Part shown: positions 44,172-55,637 of the stretch, one piece after another | Layout: every line of letters begins with the position of its first letter | Position numbering within the stretch: the first letter of the stretch is position 1 | Source: Cyanophora paradoxa CCMP329 | Lineage: Eukaryota; Plantae; Glaucophyta | Length of the DNA: 63,649 bases | Assembly: GCA_004431415.1 (NCBI GenBank) | Contig: QPMI01000135.1 | Span: 1 to 63,649, forward strand | Direction: 5' to 3' | Translations under genes and position numbers: made by a program | The notes under the pieces: generated by a model | Told to the model about the DNA's origin: nothing | What the model saw: the letters and a program-made list of their open reading frames with translations, nothing else | Databases searched by the model: none

Positions 44172-46330
44172 TCAGACGGCGGAATCGGCGCCCGAGGGCG
44201 CGGCGCTTGCGACGAGCTCGAGGCGCGCGCGAGGGGCGCCTGGGCGACGGCCGGGCGCTGGCGCCGGGCTCGCCCTCGGGCGCCCCGGCGGCCTTGCGCT
44301 TCGCGCTCGAGGAGCCCGCCGCGTCGGGCGGCGCGGCGGGAGCCTCTCCGGATTCGTTGATGTGCCCGGCTTCTGCGCACGACGGCGGGGCGGGTCGGAG
44401 GGGGCCCAGAGCGCGGAGGCCGCGCGGGCGCCGCGGCGCGGACCTTGAGGAGCGGCCGCCGCCGCCTGCGTGGACGTGACCGCATCCGCGGCGGGCCGGC
44501 GGTCCGCCGCGCCGAGCTTGAAAGCGGCCTCGCACTGCTTGAGAGAGTCCGAGTGCATCTCCTTTACTGTACCCTCGCGGACCGCCTGTTCGAGCGTGCC
44601 GTAATCGATGTCGAAGGGCCTGCGCGCGCGTTTCGGCCCGATTCACGGCGGCCGTCGCGCGGAGCGGAGCGGGAGGCGCTGCGCGCACTTTTTCTTCGGG
44701 AGGATCTGCGTGAACACCTCTTCGAAGACTTGGTACGTGAAGCCCCCGAGATGGCGTCGGACGCGAGCTTGTTGACGTTCTCTCTCGCGCTGCACTCGGG
44801 CAGGAAAACTCTGCCAGCGCCTCCGGCACGCCCGTTCCCCCAAGCCGCCTGAGCTCCCGGTGGTATCGATCGATGGCCTCGCGCTCCAGCTCGTTGATGA
44901 AGCTCAGGATGAACATGCGCCGCTGCTCGGCGTCGGGCGGCGGATGTAGACGCTGCGGCAAGCCCCGGATGTCAGATCTAGAGGGCGGAATGCCGCGCGG
45001 CGGAGGCCTCGGGTTGGGGGTACGGCGCACTGCTTGGGGAACCGACGGTAGAATTTTCCCTCCAGATTCAAGGGTAGTTTGTCGCCGCGATCAAGACGGG
45101 CCCGCCGCCCGCGGCGCCAGCCTTGCGACGTGCCCTGAGGTCACGTGCCAGCGCGGACATACCTTTCGCGCACTGCGGGCGGGCCGCGGGCGGGGCACGG
45201 TGAGCTCTGGGGCGGGGCGCGTCGCCGATCGCGACGACCCTCGGGACGTGCACCTGATCGGAGATGTTCTTGTGAAACTTGTCCCCGTTGCCGGACGCGC
45301 CGGCCTTCGGGAAGAGCGTGTCGACTTCGCTGCGGGGCCGGGCGGGGCCGGCGCGTCGGACGGCCGCGGGGCACGGGCGTGGCCATGGAGTGGCGCGGGC
45401 CGAAGCGCACTCGCACAGGAAGACGACGTCCGGGAAGTGCTTGAGAAAGGCGAAGAACGCCTTGACGATGTTCTCAGACTCGCCGTACTGCGCATGCGGG
45501 GCAACGTCGGCGGCGGCGCGTGGGGCCGAAGGTTCCCGGGAGCGCGCACATATTTGCTGGTTTGAGTGTGGTCGTACTCCAGGAGCGCAAAGTTCAGCCT
45601 CCGCGCGAGCTCGCTCGCAAACTCCGTCTTCCCCGTCCCCTGCAGCGGCCCGGCTGGTTAGGAGCGGCGAGGGGCGAGGAAGGAAGCGACGCCGGCGGGC
45701 GCGCGCACGGGCGGGCCGTAGAGGAGAATCCCGTCCGGGGCTTTTTGGCGGAGTCGGGGACGTGGGGTCCCGGCGCCGGCAGGATCATCGCCGAGGTATG
45801 CGTAGGCGCTCCTCAGCTCGTCGAAGAGGTCCGCCCGCCCGACTGGCGGGGCGTTCAGCGACGGCGTCGTGTCCCCGAACGCGACGGGCGCAGGGGATGC
45901 GTACCGTATTCACGTGCCGTCTGCTGCACGACGTCGGCGGACTTGAAGGCCGCGAGGATGGACTCTCTGGCGAGCGTCCGCACATCGGCCTGCCCGATCA
46001 CCTGCACCGCCTTTTCCAGCGCCGCCTCGAGTGCCGCTTCGCTAGACGCACGAAGGCGTGAGACCGCGCGGGGGCGGCGAGGGGCGCCCGCGGCTGGCGG
46101 GCGCGCGGGGCGAGGCACCTGCCACTGGGTCCCGGAGTGAAGAGCGCGCTCTCCGGGTCGAGGACGGGGAGGTCGCCGTCGAGGAGAAACTCGAGCGACT
46201 CGCCGTCGCCCTGCAGCCTCTTGTCCCCCCGTAGACGCAGCTCCACGAGGCGCTCCCGGGCCGCATCGATGAGAGCCTTGGCCTCCGCCAGCGCCCGCGC
46301 CTTTGTGCGCTTGTTCCCGTTCTCCTGTTT
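44172..46330 (-). CDS. Intron-rich classical AAA+ ATPase (CDC48/Vps4/spastin-like module); start may lie further upstream, up to ATG 47722
   Basis: Manual splicing gives VIGQADVR...APDGILLYGPP|GTGKTEFASELARRL...SKY|YGESENIVKAFF...VVFLCD|EVDTLF...ISDQ|CAKGMSAL...PVLIAATNYP...PPDAEQRRMFIL...GGFTYQ; Walker A is split by the intron at ~45640-45708. Confidence 0.85.
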
Positions 46331-46424
46331 CCCCGCCGGGCCAGCGGCGGCCGGCGCCGCGTCCCCGCCGAGGGGCTGGCGGCGGGCGCCGCATCCCCCG
46401 CCCCACCGGAGGGCAGGCGGCGGG

Positions 46425-46782
46425 CGCCGCGTCCCCTGCCTCAGCCGCGGAGCCCGGGGCCGGCGCCGCGTCCCCTGCCTCAGCCGCGGGGCCCGGGCCC
46501 GGCGCCGCGTCCCTGCCTCAGCCGAGGGGCCCGGGCCGGCGCCGCGTCCCTGCCTCAGCCGCGGGGCCCGGGCCCGGCGCCGCGTCCCCTGCCTCAGCCG
46601 AGGGGCCCGGGGCCGGCGCCGCGTCCCCTGCCTCAGCCGCGGGGCCCGGGCCCGGCGCCGCGTCCCTGCCTCAGCCGAGGGGCCCGGGGCCGGCGCCGCG
46701 TCCCCTGCCTCAGCCGCGGGCCCGGGCCCGGCGCCGCGTCCCCTGCCTCAGCCGAGGGGCCCGGGGCCGGCGCCGCGTCCCC
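46425..46782. repeat. ~31-bp tandem repeat (CGCGTCCCCTGCCTCAGCCGMGGGGCCCGGGGCCGG), about 11 copies
   Basis: Directly visible; may encode AEAGDAAPAPGP repeats on the minus strand. Confidence 0.9.
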
Positions 46783-47384
46783 CCCCTCCGCGATTCGGCG
46801 CAAGCGCAACGCAGCCACGTAGCTCGGCCTCACGCCTCTTGCGCTAGTCGCGTGCGCAAGCCGCGCATGCCCCAGCCGCTCCAACTAGTCGCGCACCCGC
46901 GGCCGGGCCCCGACGTGCACGTGGCGGCCGACGCCCGCGCAGCGCTAGCGCGCGCGCCGGCAGTACCCTGAGAAACCTCTTAAAGAACCGAGGCGCCAGC
47001 CCGGCAATCGGCTCGGCAATTGCAATTGCAAGCCCGGCGCTCTTCAGCTCGGCTCGGCTCGACACGGTCACGCCTCTAGATCTAGATCTCAAGCACGTGG
47101 CAGGTCGCCAGCCTCGCACGCCCCAGCCGCGCCAACCGCGCGCGCCCCACCGCGCTTTAATATTAATTTCTCACCCCCGCGCGCTTTCTCTTCACCTCGA
47201 CTCGATCTAGCTCGGCTCGTCAACGGTCACGCCTCTCGCGCGCGCGGCAGTCTGCTGTAGCTAGCCGCGCCAGCCGCGCACGCCCCATGCCAGCCGCTCA
47301 ACCGCGCGCACTAGCTTCTCTTTGGCAGGCCTTGGCAGCGTGCCCGCGCCCGCGGCCGCCCGCGGCCCGCGGCCTTGGCAGCAG

Positions 47385-47680
47385 CGCGGCTCGCCGGACG
47401 GGGCGGAAGCGCGGCGGGCGGCGGCGCGGCTCGCCGGGCGAGGCGGAGGCGCGGCGGGCGGCGGCGCGGCTCGCCAGCGGGGCGGAGGCGCGGCGGGCGC
47501 TCGCCAGGCGGGGCGGAGGCGCGGCGGGCGGCGGCGCGGCTCGCCGGGCGGGGTGGAGGCGCGGCGGGCGGCGGCGCGGCTCGCCAGGCGGGGCGGAGCC
47601 TCGGAGGCGCGGCGGGCGGCGGCGCGGCTCGCCGGGCGGGGCGGAGGCGCGGAGGGCGGCGGCGCGGCTCGCCGGGCCGC
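47385..47680. repeat. ~40-bp GC-rich tandem repeat (GGCTCGCCGGGCGGGGCGGAGGCGCGGCGGGCGGCGGCGC), about 7 copies
   Basis: Directly visible within ORF 47261-47722. Confidence 0.8.
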
Positions 47681-50600
47681 AGCTACCGCCCTCAAGGCTT
47701 CTGAAGCTCTGCTTTCTTCCATTTGAACGGAGGCAACGGTCTTTCAAGTTTGCTCCTTTTCCTGCTCTCTAGATCTCTCGCGATATATATATCGATATCG
47801 CCCCGAATTCGAAATTTGAAGTGAATTTCCCTTCCCCGGACCCCGCAGCGGCGTGCACGAGCACAACCCCTCACGAGCGCGCGCCGCAGCGGGCCCTTTA
47901 TACTGCAATGGCGAGCGGTTCAGCGCGCGCTGGCTGCCCTCGAAGCGCAATTTCGCAAGGCGTGGGCGCCCGGGTCCTGGCGGCGCCGCGCCCGCCGGGG
48001 CGGCGCTATAGCTATAGCTAGCGCATGGCAGCTGCAGGCTGCCAGGCCGCGCCCGCATGGCGGCTGTAGGCTATCAACGCCGGAAAAGGTCGCCGGTGGA
48101 AGGTTGGCTGGCGAATCCGGCGAATCCAACGGTCGGCTCGGCTGCTGCTGGCCGCTCGGACGCGCGGACTGCACACTCGCATGGTGGGACAGCCGAGAGG
48201 TTCCCAGTGGCAGCTACAGGTGCAATAGCTATCGGGAGAGGCTCCTGACAGGCGATCGGCCTGCGTGTCCGACGGCGGCACTGTTGCGTGCGACCCACTG
48301 TTGCCCGCGACCTAACCCAGCGCACCAATAGTGTCGTGCAAGCAGGGAGATGCCGCCGCTGCTCGCTGGGCGCCCGCGCTACGAGGCTTGCGCAACGCGG
48401 CCGCAGGGCGGTGCGGGTCGGCAGGCGGGGAGTGTCTCGCGGCATTCCAGAACGCTCTGAGATGCTGTACTATCACTTCTCGAGGCGTTGGAACCGTTGC
48501 CAGTCGCTTGCCGACCGCCCGAAGCCCACACCGCTCGCCCGGGGACGCGGCGAGTTGCGATCCGAGCATTATCGAACTAGCTGAGAGCGTTGGTCGCGCT
48601 TGCAGGACGCCCCCCGGCACGCACGCTGACCGAGCTCCTAAATCGGACCAGGTCCAGCACGTACCCCCCCAGCACGTAACCCCCCAAATATAATATGCTC
48701 AACCTGCTGGGGATATTCCCGTATATATGCCCCCCGCCCAAAAACGAAACTTTAGGCATGCACTCGTATGACCTTCACAGGCATGCCTGCAAAGTCCCGG
48801 GTCGAAACAAAATTCGGGCGCAAATCCGACATGTTTTGGCCCCTTACGGGCCCTGAGGCTGCAGGGTCCGAGCGAGCTCCGAGGAATGGCAGGCGCAGGC
48901 TGCGGGCTGGGGGCCCGCGGCCCCAGGCCTGCGCCGGCACCGGCGGTCCAGCTCCCGCAGCGCGAGGCGCCGGCGCCCGCATCATGATCAGCCGGCGCCC
49001 TCGAGCTCGCGACCGCGCGGCCGGCGTGCGGCGCACAGGGCGGGGACGGGGCGGGAGCTCCGGATGCGCTGCGCTGGCGGGCGCGTCGCGGAGCGGGGCC
49101 GACGTCGCTGTCGCCGGCACCGGTGACGCCACCTTCAATTCGGGGAGCTCGAGGAGGCCTGCAGCCGGCGCCGAGCTCCAGGCGAGAAGGATGGCCAGGC
49201 GAGCCTCGGAGGGGAGGGGAAGAGGGAGGGGCGAGGTCGGGGAGGGGAGGGGCCGAGGGGGAGGGAGGCGGGCGTGGCGCGGATGGGGCGGCTGCCTCCC
49301 GCCTGCTGCGACTCCGGTCCTGCTGCGAGCGAGAGGCGACGAGTCAGGCGAGGACGGAGCGCGGGGGAGGGGGGCGGGGCAGGGGCTCGACACGGAGCTT
49401 GAGGATATCGATGCCGAGGCGAGCCCCCGAAGCTGCCGAGGTGCATGTTGGCGTGCACCTCGATGCTGCCGAACAGGTCAATGAAGACAGAGAAAGAAGG
49501 GGCGAAGCAGAAGGGAAAGGAGCCTCGCCTCAGGGGGGCAACCTGCTGGCCCACGTGGTGCTCGGCGGCTCCGGCGGCTCCAGCGGGGCCCCCGCCCCGC
49601 CCTCCGACGGTCCCGTACCCCCCGAGGACCCCTCCGACCGGGCCGCGCCCGAGCCGCCGGCCGAAGCGGCAGAGGCGGCAGCGCCCGCCGAGGAGCGTGT
49701 TGGCGACTCGGCGGCGGGGCGGGAGGCCTTTGCGCCCCCGCCGCCCCCTCCTCCGAAGAGTTACCCCTCGCAGTGCTTGGGCGAGGGCGGCCGCTCCCCC
49801 TCCGGCGTCCCGGGGTCGGCGCTCCGCTTCGGCGGCGTGACCCTGCGCCCCTGCAGTCAGCTCAGGGCGGGCGTGGCGGGGAGAGGGGGCGGCTCGCGCG
49901 CACCTCTCCTCCCCCTGCCACCCTGCTGCAGGCCTCGCCGCCGCCGCCTTTGCCGCCGCCGCAACCGCCGGGGCGGTCGAGGCCACCGCCGCGACGCGCT
50001 TCGATAGGAGCGAGAGGCGCGGGGCCCCTTCAGCAGCGACAGCTGCGAAGCGAGTACAGGTTCAGCTAGGACGAACCAGGTGGGGCGGGGCGGGAGCGGG
50101 CGCCTGGGTGCCGCCGTCGGCGAAGGGGGTGGGGTCGTTGGCGCCGGCGCCGCCCGCCCCCGCCAGCACCAGCCGCCCGCACGAGTCCTCCCGCTCCGCC
50201 TGCGCCCCGACGTCAGAGAGAGGGCGGTGCGCGTTTCCGCAACCATCCGAGAGAGGGGGGAAGGACAAAGACGATAAGAAGTGGGGGGGCAAGGGGAGGA
50301 GAGGGAATCCAAGGAGGCGGCTTCCTGGGGCGCGGTTGGCGAGGGGGGCCAAGGACTCGCCGCGAGGCCCCTCATAGAATGCCCAACAGTACGATGTACG
50401 GCCTTGGCGGCGCTGCGCTGGGAGGCGGCGGAGAGCCCTCGGCCCCGCGCTCGAGCCACCCCGCGCTCCCCGCCCGCCGGCGGCGGCTTGCGCGCCGGCG
50501 TCACCGCGCACACCCGCCTCCCGCCCCCGCCTCAGAGGAGGGTGTATGCGTGGGGCACGGGGCGGGGCGGGGCGGGAGCGCGCCAGCAGACCGCGTCGGT

Positions 50601-53600
50601 GGGCGAGGCCGCGGGCCCCGGCACCGGCGGCAGACCCCGCCTCCCCGCGCCTTCGTCACCCTCCCCGCGTGTCGAACCTGACCGCGGGGGGTGAGTTCTT
50701 AGAGGGGGACGGAAGGGAAGGGGGCGGGGCACTCGGGGAGGGCGGGGGTCTCGGGGAAGTGGCGCGGGCGCGCCGGCACGCCCCGCCGGTCCCCGCAGTA
50801 CGGCTCCTGCCTGCATCCTGCGCCGTGAGCCCGTGCAGTACTCCAAGGCTTCGGGCGGGCCCGGCGCGCCTCGCGGGCGATGCGGCCGTAGAGGTCCGCG
50901 CGGGAGGGAGGGTCGAGGGCCGGCCGCAGCGCGAAGAGCGGCGCGGAGGGGCGCGCCGGGGCGCCGGCCGCGGGGCCGTGGGGCCGGGGCCCGAGGCTCG
51001 ACACGGCGAGCGAGGGGGACGGGGTGGAGGAAGAGGGGGAGCAGCCGGCGCCCTCGGCGGGGTCGGGGGGCGGGAGGCGGGGAGGGCGGCAGCGCTAGCG
51101 GGGGCGGAGGCGCGGGCTGAACGGGCTCCGGCTCGGAAGGAGGGGGAGGGGCGGGGGCCAGCCCGCGGAGGGTGCTGGTCCACGGGCACGGGGGGTGGAG
51201 TCGGGGGAGAGGGCGGGGGGCGTCGACCTCGGGGGTACAGGGCCGGGCGCGGGGGCGTGGGGAGAGTGAGTCTCCGGGGGGATTTCAATGGGGTCGGGTG
51301 GACCGGGGTGCAAGGGGCCGGTCGACGGGGTCCTGGGCACAGGAGCGAAAGCGGAGGAGGGTCTCCGGTGCGCCGGGCGCGGGGGGCCGGCCGGAGGATG
51401 GCCGCCGGCGGCGGGGGCGGCCGGCGGGGGGCCGCCCGAGGGCGGGCGGGGCCCCTCTCCTCTCCTCCTCCGCCTCTTCTCCCCCCCCCCCCCCCCCCCC
51501 CACCTCCTCGGGCTCCTCGGCCTCGTCCCCCGCCGCCTGCGGAGCCCGCCCCTCAGCGGCGCGGCGCCGGAGGCGCGGGCCGCCGATCGAGCGCGCACCT
51601 CCTCGCCCCCCCCGCCACCGCGCCCCGTCCCCCCGCCTTGGACGCCCTCCGCCTCCTGGGGGTGCCCCCCGGCTCGCCCTCCGAGCCGGGCGGGCGGGGC
51701 GGGGCGGAGGGCGCACCGCAGGGCCCGCCTCCTCTCCTCTTCCTCCTCGTCGACGACCACCTCCACGAGGCCGCCCCGCCCCCGCCTCCTCCCGGCGGCG
51801 GCCCCTCCCCTCCACGTCGCCGCCGCCGCCGGCCTCCTCCGCGGGCGGGCGCCGCGGCCGCCGCGGTGAGGCCTGCGGCGCGGCGGCCTCCGGCCGGGAG
51901 GCCGGAGTGCGTAGGGGGGCGGGGAGGCCCCTGCGCCGGCCTCGGGCGGGTCGGGTGCAGGGCGGGGGCGGGGGCGGACGCTTCGAGGGCGTTCGCCGCG
52001 CGCGGGGCGTCCTGCGCTTCTCCTCCTCCCGATCCTCTTCTTCTTCCACCGCCGCCGCCGCCGCCGCCGCCTCCTCCAACTCGACCTCCTCGTACCCCTC
52101 CCAGCGGCCTCGGGCGAGCCGCTCCCCGCGCCGCCGCCGCCCCCGCCCGCCCCTCTGCCGCCCCGCTGCCGCCCCGGACCTGCGCCAGGATCCCGCCCCG
52201 CCGTAGCTTCCGACGCCCCGCCGCCGACCCTCCGGCACGCGCGCGAGCCCGGCGCCGACGCGCTGCCGCCACCGCTGCCGCCGCCGGGGCGCTGGAGTCG
52301 TTCGAGCTGCCCTGGGCGACGCCGGGGCCAGCCGCGGCGTTGTAAGGGCGGGCTGCATGCGGGAGGAGGAGTGAGCGGGCGCGACGCAGGGGCGAGGTGC
52401 GGAGGCGGCGCACGCCAGCGTGGCCTTCGGCGATGCGCGGGCGATCGGGCACCGCGTCCGGAGCCTGCGACGGCGAAGCTTGAGCTGTCCTCTCGGCCGG
52501 GCTCAAGGGAGTCCGGCGTAAAGCCCGGCCGCGGCGGCGCCCTCCCAGGCGAGGCGAGGGGCGCGCGCGAGAGGCCGCGCCGCGGCGGGCCTGCAGCTGG
52601 CGTGCGATCGACTCGGCGAGGTGGAGGTCATGATCAGGAAACGGCCGACGGCGGCCGCGCGCGCGCGGCCGGCCGGCCTGTCGGGCGGCGCGAGGCTCGG
52701 GTCGACGTCGGGCGGGGATTAGTTATAGAATAGTTAGGCGCGAGGCGATATTTATATTGTTATTACAGGTGTGCTTACTAGTCAAAGTGTGCTTACTTGT
52801 GAGTTGGCGTATCGAAGACGAGTCCGCTCTGCATGCGCACACGACGACGGCGCGCAGCTGCAGCGCCGAGATCAGGAAATTTAAAACGGCCGGCCGGCCG
52901 CGCGCGGGCGCGCGGCGCAGCGGCGGCAGACGCCGGCAGTGCGCACTGGGGTACATTGACACCCACTAGACGGCTACACGGATTAAAAGGCTCGTCACAG
53001 TCTTGGTCTCGGTCCTGAACCGCCGCAGTTGGCTGGATTAGAGCCGGCGGCCTTGCTAGCTTTATCTAGCTAGTCCGACGCCCATGCTTCGCGACGCCTA
53101 CTCCCGAGATCTGCGATCAGCGCTTGACGCACGCATCCGCGCCATCGCACATGTACGCGGCCGCGGGGGAGCGCATCCAGAACGGATCACATCCACGGGC
53201 AGACCGGAGGTCGGCACTGCCCCGCGATCACTGCCACGCGCCTTGCGAGGTGACGAGTCCTGCGCTGCGGCAGAGCCCTTCTTCATCGGGGGCAACCAGG
53301 TCGGTGTGCTGGCCGGGCCGCGTCGCCCCCGCCGAGCGGGCCCCGCGCAGTCCAAGGTCGTGCCCTTCCGCGTGGACATCGACGCGCCGCGCGAGCCGAG
53401 CTCGACGCCGTCGCCGCGGCCCAGCGCCCTCGAGGCGGCCCTGCACGGCCCGCAGGCTCCCCGGCGCCCGCGCCCCCCGCCCTCCGCCCCGACGCGCCCC
53501 GCAGACGAGACGCGCGCGCCCATCTCGTCCTGCGTGCTGAGGACGCGCGGCCGGGACGTCGACGCCGCGCCCTTCCAGCACTGGCTGAGCGCGAACGACT

Positions 53601-55073
53601 TCTCGGGGGCGAACGACTTCTCGGGGGGGCAGACGAGGCGGGCGCGCCCCGCCCCTGGGCCCGCCCCCGCCGGGTAGGGGGCCGCGGGGGTTGGACGGTC
53701 GCCGTGCCGGGCAGCCTCAGCGCCGCCCGCCACGACGCCGGCCGGCCCAAGCGGCGCAGGGCAGCCCGCCCGCCCGCCGGCGGCGCCGGCTGCGCGCGCG
53801 GTGCCGGGCCACGCGACGAGCGCGGCGCGCCCCCGGTGCCGCGCCCCGCGCGCCGCGCGCCGCTCACGCCCCGCGCGCCCCCCGGTGCGCGCCGACTGCC
53901 CCGGATCCTCCTGTCCCTACGGGGATCGCGCGCTCGCCCGTGCGGCCCCGCCCCTCGCCGCGCGGCCCGCCCCTGCCCGCCCCTGCCCGATCCCCACCCG
54001 CGCAGCGGTGCCGCCGCTGCCGCCCGGCGCCCGCCCTCCCCGCCGCCTCCCGTGCGCCCCCGCGGGGCTCCCCCGCGGTCGTTCACTACGGGCGGCGCTG
54101 ACGCTGCGCGCAGGGAGGGCGGGCCGGTCGCGTGGGTGGCCGACCCGCGCCCCGCCCCGCCGCACCTGCCGCCCCCGACGCCCCGCTGCCCGCCGCCCTC
54201 GAGGGGGGCTTCTGGGGGAGCCGCCCTCTCCGCTCTTTCCCCTTCTTCGGAGGCCCCCGCACGCCGGCGGGGCGGCGGGAGCGCTCCGCCCGGGCCCGCG
54301 CTACCCCCCGAGTCCAACATTCCGCCCCGACCGCTCCGCTCGCCCCGAGGCTGCCCTTCGGGTGTGTCGGCCGGGCCGGCCGGGGCATCGAGGCGCGCTC
54401 GCTCGCTGAGGCCGTCCGCCTCCGGTCCCGCCCCGCCGCCGCCGTGCGCCCCGCCCGCCCCGCCCGCCCCGCCCCGCCCTCGCCCCGCCGCCCTCCAGCC
54501 GGCCCGGGTCCCGCGGCGGGCCGGCCGCCCGTGTCCGGCCCGCCCGCCCCGCCGCCGCCGCCCTCCCCTCCGCCGCCCCGCGCCCGGCCCCGGCCCGCCC
54601 GCCCCGGCGGTGCCCGCCCTCCGCCGACTCGCGCAGCGGGGTGGGCCCTGCGGGGGGCGGCCAGGCACCCGCCCCCGCGGCAGCTGGCCGCGAAGTCGGA
54701 CGCATGAGTCGCACCGAGCGCGAGCTCGGCCGAGCGGCCTTCCGCTCGTGGCCCACGGCCACGTGCACGTAAAATGTGTGCGCCGGCCCGTCTGTAAATT
54801 TAAAATGTGTGCCCGTCCCATGATCACTCTTCCCTCGAGCTCCTTCGTTTAGTTCCGTCTTTATGGGCTCAAGCGTGTCCAAGTGCGCGTGTACATGCTG
54901 ACTCAATCATTGAATCACAATATTAATATTCATTTACTTCATTCAGTACGCGAATGCCGCGACGTCGGCGGCGGAGGGGGCCTTAACTTGGCCCCGGGCG
55001 GCCGGGGCGGGCCCCGGCGCCAGCTACAGCCCGTGGGGCCCGAGGATCTTCCGCACGACCAGCAATGGCCCCG

Positions 55074-55637
55074 TCACTGCGGCGGGTCGGCGGGCGCGCG
55101 CCTGCGCGGGGCGGGCGGGGGCGGCGGGGGCGCACCGGAGGCGGATGGGTCGGCGCGGACGCGCGCGGCGGCGGCGAGCAGCGCGCGCCGCGCCGCCGCG
55201 AGGGCCGCCGGTCCAGCCCCGGGGCGACCCCCCCGGCCCCAGCGCCAGCGCCGCCTGCCGCGCCGCCTCGGCGCGCGTTGAAGGGGCGGGGGCGGGCGGG
55301 GCACGTCGGCGCGGGCGCCCCAGCGGGCGAGGGCGTCGAGCTTGCGGTGGGGCCAGCGGGCGATGCCGGCCTCCCGGCAGAGCCGCTTGAAGGTCGTCGC
55401 CCCGAGGCTCAGCGCCCGCGCCGCCTCCTGCGCCCGAGTCGGCCCGCGCGGGCGGGGCGGGGCGGGCGGGGCGGGGCGGGCACGGGGACGGGGAGGTGGA
55501 AGAGGGCGGCGATGGCCTCCCGCGTGGGGGGCGGTCGGGCCGGCGCCTGCGGGCGGGGGCGCGGGGGTGAGCGCGCCGAGGGCGGGCGGGAGGCGCGCAG
55601 CCGCGCCATCCGCCGTTCGACGGTCGCGACGGTTCAT
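55074..55637 (-). CDS. RWP-RK domain transcription factor (multi-exon; ends approximate)
   Basis: TREAIAALFHLPVP|EAARALSLGATTFKRLCREAGIARWPHRKLDAL across a GT-AG intron at ~55428-55483. Confidence 0.88.
   Translation of the reverse strand: MNRRDRRTADGAAARLPPALGALTPAPPPAGAGPTAPHAGGHRRPLPPPRPRARPAPPAPPRPRGPTRAQEAARALSLGATTFKRLCREAGIARWPHRKLDALARWGARADVPRPPPPLQRAPRRRGRRRWRWGRGGRPGAGPAALAAARRALLAAAARVRADPSASGAPPPPPPAPRRRAPADPPQ

Noticed and set aside
48750-54850. Functional calls for probable host multi-exon genes (e.g. a BED-finger-like RTSYCWAFY, ORF 53084-53677)
   Set aside because: Low complexity; I could not assemble a supportable domain.
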